This document shows, one piece after another, positions 57,035 through 64,000 of a DNA stretch of 64,000 nucleotides (the first letter of the stretch is position 1; each line of letters opens with the position of its first letter). The notes under the pieces were generated by a model. That model saw nothing but the letters and a program-made list of their open reading frames with translations, had not been told where the DNA came from and did no database searches. The stretch is from assembly GCA_963675785.1 (NCBI GenBank), contig OY776562.1, positions 512,001 to 576,000 on the forward strand. Direction: 5' to 3'. A program made the translations under genes and the position numbers. Origin of the DNA: Anaerolineae bacterium. Its GTDB lineage: Bacteria; Chloroflexota; Anaerolineae; UBA1429.

Positions 57035-58171
57035 CTAGTGGTGTACGTCATCGGTGATGCGTTTGTCTTCCACATCCTTTTTGACGCTGTTGGCGCGCAG
57101 ATTAGCCAAAAGCGCATCATAGCGGGCGCGGTCGACGGGTACGTTTACGGGCTCGCCAGTGTGTCCCGAAAGGATCATGCCATTGATCATCTCTACGGCG
57201 TTGATACCCTCGATGCCCGGCGAGATGAGCGGTTCGCTATAGAGGATGTGCCGGGCAAAGTTTCGCAGAATAGCTTTGTGTCCGGTCTCGTGCTCTTCCA
57301 GGTCGATGAGCACCTCGTTGCTCTCTGGGCCTCCCCACATCTTGTCGGTGGTGTTGGAGGTGTGGTGTACACCTTCGGGAATCTCCCAAAAGCGCAGGTC
57401 ATCGCCGATGATCTGTAGTTTTCCCTTTTCGCCAGCGAATTCCATAATGTCGCTCTTGGGCCATTCGTTGGTACAGCAATAGGCATAGCCTACGCCGCCG
57501 TTGGGATACTCTAGCAGGGCACAGGCCACATCTTCCACTTCGATCTTGTGATCGCGGGTTTTGGTGATGGCGGTAATGCGTGAGGGTAATCCACCCAGCC
57601 AGGTAAAGCGATCGAGGGCATGGGGCGACTGATTGATCAGCACGCCGCCGCCTTCGCCATCCCAGGTCGCTCGCCAACCGGCTGAATCGTAATAGGCCTG
57701 GCTGCGGTAATCGGCATACACCAGCATGGTGCGGTAAATTTCGCCCAGCCTGCCCTCAGAGATAATTTTGTGGGCTGCCTGCCACACTGGGCCGCAGCGC
57801 GTTTGATGCATCACGCCAAAGGGCACACCGATGCGCTTGGCTGTGGCGATCATGGCGTCTGCCTGAGAGACCGTCACGGCGATAGGCTTTTCCGAAAGGG
57901 CCGGTATTCCCTTTTCCATGGCATAAATGGCGATCTCTGGGTGAAAATAATGCGGCGTGGCGATCATTACCGCATCCACCAGGCCGCTGTCGATGAGGTC
58001 GTGGTAATCGGTGAAATAGGGGATATTGTATTCCTCTCCTACCGCCTCGGCTACCTCGGGTACAATGTCACAGATGGCGGTGAGGGCTACCTCCTCGATA
58101 TCCTGCATGGTTTTGGCATGGCCAGAGCCCATGCCGCCCGTACCGATGATGCCATAGCGCAACTTTTCCAT
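57035..58171 (-). CDS. Gfo/Idh/MocA family oxidoreductase
   Basis: GIIGTGGMG, ATPHYFH, SEKP, GGGVLINQSPHALD. Confidence 0.92.
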   Translation of the reverse strand: MEKLRYGIIGTGGMGSGHAKTMQDIEEVALTAICDIVPEVAEAVGEEYNIPYFTDYHDLIDSGLVDAVMIATPHYFHPEIAIYAMEKGIPALSEKPIAVTVSQADAMIATAKRIGVPFGVMHQTRCGPVWQAAHKIISEGRLGEIYRTMLVYADYRSQAYYDSAGWRATWDGEGGGVLINQSPHALDRFTWLGGLPSRITAITKTRDHKIEVEDVACALLEYPNGGVGYAYCCTNEWPKSDIMEFAGEKGKLQIIGDDLRFWEIPEGVHHTSNTTDKMWGGPESNEVLIDLEEHETGHKAILRNFARHILYSEPLISPGIEGINAVEMINGMILSGHTGEPVNVPVDRARYDALLANLRANSVKKDVEDKRITDDVHH

Positions 58172-58186
58172 GGTTCCCTCCGTGTT

Positions 58187-59314
58187 CTAGAGCCAACCTT
58201 CGTATTGAGCCAGCAGGCGGGTGTATTCGACGAAATTAGGCCAAGAGATGTCGGGCGGTACGCCGTGGTCGCAACTGGGAATAAAACCGCCATCTTTGAA
58301 CAGAGGGGGGATGATGCGCTCCAACTCGTCGCGTAGCGGTTGGCCCCCTACGGCGATGAGGCGCTTGTCTACACCGCCGCTATAGGCCATGCGTTGGCCA
58401 AATTGCTGCCTAAAGGTCACGATATCATTCTCGGCGGCTACTTCGATAGGGTCGCAGAGGTTAAAGCCCGATTCGATCCAAATGGGGATCAGTTCCTCGA
58501 TATTGCCATCGGAGTCCATGTCGTACACGGCGCAGTTATGCTTGTCCAGTAGTTCACGCCAGGCGATATAGGTGGGCTGCAGGAAGCGACGGGCCATCTT
58601 GGGAGAGATCATGCTGTGTGCCTTGTAGGCCATATCCTCGGACATACGCAGGATGTCGACATCGGTACGGGCTACCACGCGCTCGAATAGGCCCAGGGTG
58701 AACTCTAGCCAGAAATCGGCCATGTCCTGTACAAAGGCTGGATCGGTGACCATGAGCATGCACAGGTTCTCCATGCCCACCCATTCACGCATCTGCCAAA
58801 AAGGACCGTTTACATACATGGAGGTAGGGCGGCCTTCGGCTTTGGCCAGGCGGACGACATCATCCAGGCTGCCGCCGAGGCGTTCGGGTGTGGCCGAATC
58901 AAAACGCACTTTCATGGCTTCCCATTCGTCGCGGGTTTGTACGGGAAAGCGATGCCATTTACGGGTGACGAAATCCTTGGCCTGACGGATGTAGGTATAA
59001 TCGAACTCGTCCGAGATTTCGGTGATGGCACCCATCCAGTCGCGCACGATATAGTGGCCGTCGCGGTGCTCTAGCACCTCTTCTTCGAACTGGGGGATCA
59101 TTTTTGTTTCTACGGGCAGGTTGACGGCGCCTTGAAAGGCCTCTTCAGGGATGCCGAGCAACTCGATCAGTGCTGCCTTGTAGGGTACATTGGCATCCAG
59201 GCCTTGCTTGTGCCATGCTTCCAGGGTCGATTCGCGCGGCCCGCCTGGGCTAAGGGGAACGTGGTCGGGATGCCCAAAGAGCACGGTTTCCAGGTAGCGC
59301 TGCTTGCAGTTCAT
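58187..59314 (-). CDS. Uroporphyrinogen decarboxylase-fold (UroD/MtaA-CmuA-like) protein
   Basis: PDHVP, DWMG, SEDMAYK..MISP, DSDG, GGFIPSCDH. Confidence 0.85.
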   Translation of the reverse strand: MNCKQRYLETVLFGHPDHVPLSPGGPRESTLEAWHKQGLDANVPYKAALIELLGIPEEAFQGAVNLPVETKMIPQFEEEVLEHRDGHYIVRDWMGAITEISDEFDYTYIRQAKDFVTRKWHRFPVQTRDEWEAMKVRFDSATPERLGGSLDDVVRLAKAEGRPTSMYVNGPFWQMREWVGMENLCMLMVTDPAFVQDMADFWLEFTLGLFERVVARTDVDILRMSEDMAYKAHSMISPKMARRFLQPTYIAWRELLDKHNCAVYDMDSDGNIEELIPIWIESGFNLCDPIEVAAENDIVTFRQQFGQRMAYSGGVDKRLIAVGGQPLRDELERIIPPLFKDGGFIPSCDHGVPPDISWPNFVEYTRLLAQYEGWL

Positions 59315-60405
59315 TCTTGTTCTCGCTCCTCAACGATATCTTCAGTGGTCCAATCGGCGGCCATCAGGCGGCGGCGCAGGCTTTCAGGTACTTTGCCTGT
59401 CTGACTCAGCACGTGGATGGCCTGATCGGGGTTTTCAAAGGTGAGAGGTTCTATGCCGGGCAGTGCATCAAAAGCGTTTTCGTCTATTTCGGCAGGAGGT
59501 TCATAGCCCAGCAGTCCATTGATGATTTCGCAGCCACTGTCGGCTTCATCGAATAGACTAATGGGCGCGTCTTTCCAGGCGGCTTGGGTGGCGTCAGAAG
59601 AGCCGCTCCAGAGCAACACGGCGCGCCCCAGGCTTTCTTCGGTAGACCAGGGCCACATCGCGATTGGGCTGGCTTCTGGCTCATACAACACCAGCGCTTC
59701 AGCTAGGGCTGTTATAATGAGCAGGCGTGCTGTTGCCGCAGCATCGACCAACTCGGCATCAGGCGGATAGGGGCTGAGTACCAACACCTGCCCTTGATCG
59801 ATCGCTGGTTCCAGTGACTTGAGGAATGGCGCGAACTGGCGAACACCCACGGGTAGTATCAGGATGATAGAGCCGTTGGCTTGCCGGGCAGTTTGTAGTG
59901 CACTGCGATCGATCCCTTTGCCGTATCCGCCCACCAAGGCATATCCTGAAGCGGCTAGTGCCTTAACCATATCGTTGCTGCTGGCCAGCAATTCGCCATC
60001 GGGCTGGCTGCTGCCCATAATAGCCACGGCTGGCTTGGCCAGAATCGACAAATTGCCCCGATACCAGATATAGTACGGCAAGCGCTCTTCGGGCATGCGT
60101 TCGATGAGGTTTTCGGGATAGGCGATATCACTGCGAGTAAGAATGCCAATGTCCTGATGGGCCAGGGCCGCCAGCAGGTCAGCCTGAGCGCTGACATCCT
60201 GCTCGGTGGCCAAAACGACCTGTGCTTCACCCTCTGAGAGCAACAAGGTTTCCGCCAACTGGAGGGCAGACAGGTCATATAGGGCAGCAAGAGGGTTGGC
60301 CTGGTTGAGGCACCACTCGCGAATGATTCTCTTGGCGGTGGCCTTGTGCAGCTTGGGAGCGTTTAGCAGGGCCAACCAATAAGGGGCATCAGGAGACTGT
60401 CTCAT
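59311..60405 (-). CDS. dprA: DNA-processing protein DprA/Smf-like (divergent)
   Basis: YWLALL, AYPENL, WYRGNL, VAIMGS, VGGYGKGID. Confidence 0.75.
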   Translation of the reverse strand: MRQSPDAPYWLALLNAPKLHKATAKRIIREWCLNQANPLAALYDLSALQLAETLLLSEGEAQVVLATEQDVSAQADLLAALAHQDIGILTRSDIAYPENLIERMPEERLPYYIWYRGNLSILAKPAVAIMGSSQPDGELLASSNDMVKALAASGYALVGGYGKGIDRSALQTARQANGSIILILPVGVRQFAPFLKSLEPAIDQGQVLVLSPYPPDAELVDAAATARLLIITALAEALVLYEPEASPIAMWPWSTEESLGRAVLLWSGSSDATQAAWKDAPISLFDEADSGCEIINGLLGYEPPAEIDENAFDALPGIEPLTFENPDQAIHVLSQTGKVPESLRRRLMAADWTTEDIVEEREQE

Positions 60406-60490
60406 AGTTCCTCTCTCGTAAGATTCGGCGCCATTATAACAGGGTGATGCAGTCCGTCAATAGATGGGGATGGCGGCAAGAGGAGTGGGT

Positions 60491-61894
60491 ATGGTTCATC
60501 TGGGTATCGATATTGGCACAACTTCATTGGCTGTAGCTGTCATTGCTGACGAGCCACCCCTGGTTCTGGCTGCACGTTCTGAACCGCATGGCGCTGGCTC
60601 GCAAACGCTTGTGACAGATGGATTCGAATGCCGGCTTGACCTAGCAATCGTGCAAGCCCGTCTTGCAGGATTGGTCGCAGGCGTTTTGGCGCAGCTTGGC
60701 CATCCTGCTATCGACTCTATCGGTATCACTGGGCAGATGCACGGCTTTGCGTTCGTCGATGATCAGGGCAGCGCGGTGGCATCAGCCTGGACATGGCAGG
60801 ATACCACCGTCATGGGGAATGCCTTTAATGGCCATACCTGGTTGGAAGCCTATGTGTCTGCTTGTGGTGGCCTTGCGGCTTTTGCTCATACAGGAACACA
60901 TCCTTCTGCTGGCTATGCTGGACCAATGGTCTTTCGGTTGTTACAAAAGGGACTAATGCCAGCGGACGCCCGAGTTTTACCTATTCCCGATGCTTTGGGC
61001 GCCTGGCTAATAGGGACTATTCCGGCCGTTGGGCGTTCAACGGCGGCCTCTTTTGGCTTGCTCGATCTGGAGATCGGTGATTGGGATGCACACCTCCTTC
61101 AAGATGCGGACCTGGAGGGATTGCTACCGCCTGTGGCCGAGTGCACACTTGTAGGGCGTGTTCAGCAAGAGCGCCTGCCAGAGTTGGCAGGTGTTCCTGT
61201 GATTTGCGCCCTGGGCGATAATCAGGCCAGTTTTCTGGGTAGCGTTGCCGATGTCGGTGGCACGGTTCTGGTGAATGTGGGCACGGGAGCGCAACTTTCT
61301 TGCGCAATGCGTGGTGCCGATTTTACTGTGCACGAGTTGCGGCCTTATTGGGGAAACTATTTCCTCCAGGTGCAGGCCAGCCTGAGTGGGGGTACTTCTT
61401 TTGAGGTGTTGCGTCGCTTTTACGCCGATATCTTGACTAACTTTGGATTCGCCCCACCGGAGGACATGCTAGAACAGATGTGGCAACTTGCTGAAAAAGT
61501 ACCGAATGATGCTAACGGCCTCGAGATGGAGCCCCTTTTTGCCGGTGAGCGAGAGGTCCCCAGTTTGCGGGGCCAACTTACGGGCATCTCTTCTATCAAT
61601 CTGACGGCGGCTAATCTGTCCCGTGCACTGGTCGAGGGTTTGGCCCAGCATCTAGCCGACATGCTGCAAACACTGCGATCGCGCTCTCAGAAGAGTCTGG
61701 TGGGGGCGGGTAATGCCCTGGCGCGTAACGCTTTGCTGCGTGAGTCTCTGGCACGTTGCACCAGACTGCCCTTGACGATGGCACCTTTTGATGAGGCAGC
61801 AGCCGTGGGTGCTGCATTGTATGGCTTGGCTACTACTAGAGCGTGGGATTTGCTACAAACTGCACATTGGCTGGAGGCTGCAAAGTGCAGATAG
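60491..61894 (+). CDS. FGGY carbohydrate kinase (sedoheptulokinase-like)
   Basis: GIDIGTTS, IGITGQMHG, TWQD, ALGDNQAS, VNVGTGAQ, PLFAGER; GAGGAG SD. Confidence 0.85.
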   Translation: MVHLGIDIGTTSLAVAVIADEPPLVLAARSEPHGAGSQTLVTDGFECRLDLAIVQARLAGLVAGVLAQLGHPAIDSIGITGQMHGFAFVDDQGSAVASAWTWQDTTVMGNAFNGHTWLEAYVSACGGLAAFAHTGTHPSAGYAGPMVFRLLQKGLMPADARVLPIPDALGAWLIGTIPAVGRSTAASFGLLDLEIGDWDAHLLQDADLEGLLPPVAECTLVGRVQQERLPELAGVPVICALGDNQASFLGSVADVGGTVLVNVGTGAQLSCAMRGADFTVHELRPYWGNYFLQVQASLSGGTSFEVLRRFYADILTNFGFAPPEDMLEQMWQLAEKVPNDANGLEMEPLFAGEREVPSLRGQLTGISSINLTAANLSRALVEGLAQHLADMLQTLRSRSQKSLVGAGNALARNALLRESLARCTRLPLTMAPFDEAAAVGAALYGLATTRAWDLLQTAHWLEAAKCR

Positions 61895-61899
61895 GGTTC

Positions 61900-61928
61900 T
61901 TGACAACCTCTAGTGCCTATGCTATTAT
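61900..61928 (+). promoter_or_regulatory. Sigma70 promoter of groESL
   Basis: TTGACA, 17 nt, TG-n-TATTAT. Confidence 0.85.
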
Positions 61929-61929
61929 T

Positions 61930-61956
61930 CTAGCACTCTGAGCCTTCGAGTGCTAG
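61930..61956 (+). promoter_or_regulatory. CIRCE element (HrcA operator)
   Basis: CTAGCACTC-N9-GAGTGCTAG directly after the -10 box upstream of groES. Confidence 0.95.
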
Positions 61957-62015
61957 AATCGTAATCGAAGCTCTATGGGGTCGTGATTCATATCAAGTAT
62001 TTGGAGGTCGTGTAA

Positions 62016-63976
<1,961 letters not shown>

Positions 63977-64000
63977 GTTTCGCAGCCTACAGAGATATCA

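Overview
64 kb of gene-dense bacterial chromosome. Chloroflexota (Anaerolineae-like) is inferred from gene content and style, e.g. lipoprotein-rich content, several UroD-family and Gfo/Idh/MocA genes, CIRCE-controlled groESL and a GroEL tail GGGGMGDY. I found no rRNA, tRNA, CRISPR array, transposase or integrase. Housekeeping and metabolic genes include pepF, uxaC, crtB, DUF1015-serA, a nucleoside/sugar ABC transporter, a gyrB-type subunit, a P-type ATPase, pfkA, rnhA, a PdtaS/PdtaR-like pair, dprA-like and groES-groEL. Two features stand out. (1) At 9.2-18.5 kb a type IV pilus locus has an extension ATPase (PilB) carrying an intact phospho-acceptor receiver domain in place of the c-di-GMP-binding MshEN motif. 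It is encoded directly behind a REC-GAF-histidine kinase, a stand-alone receiver and a kinase paralogue that keeps the phospho-His helix but has lost its ATP-binding motifs. This looks like a dedicated phosphorelay acting directly on a pilus motor, followed by two beta-helix PilX-like tip proteins. (2) At 21.04-21.20 kb an unannotated, apparently leaderless 22-codon uORF ending in Cys-Cys-Cys, with mutually exclusive antiterminator/terminator hairpins, precedes the DUF1015-serA operon. This is a candidate cysteine-sensing attenuator of serine biosynthesis. Also noted: a second structured, terminator-containing leader before a methyltransferase, a degenerate dUTPase, a nitrilase-glycoside hydrolase fusion and a tandem RNase H with an apparently dead second domain. 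All family assignments are from motif recognition by eye; no database search was run.
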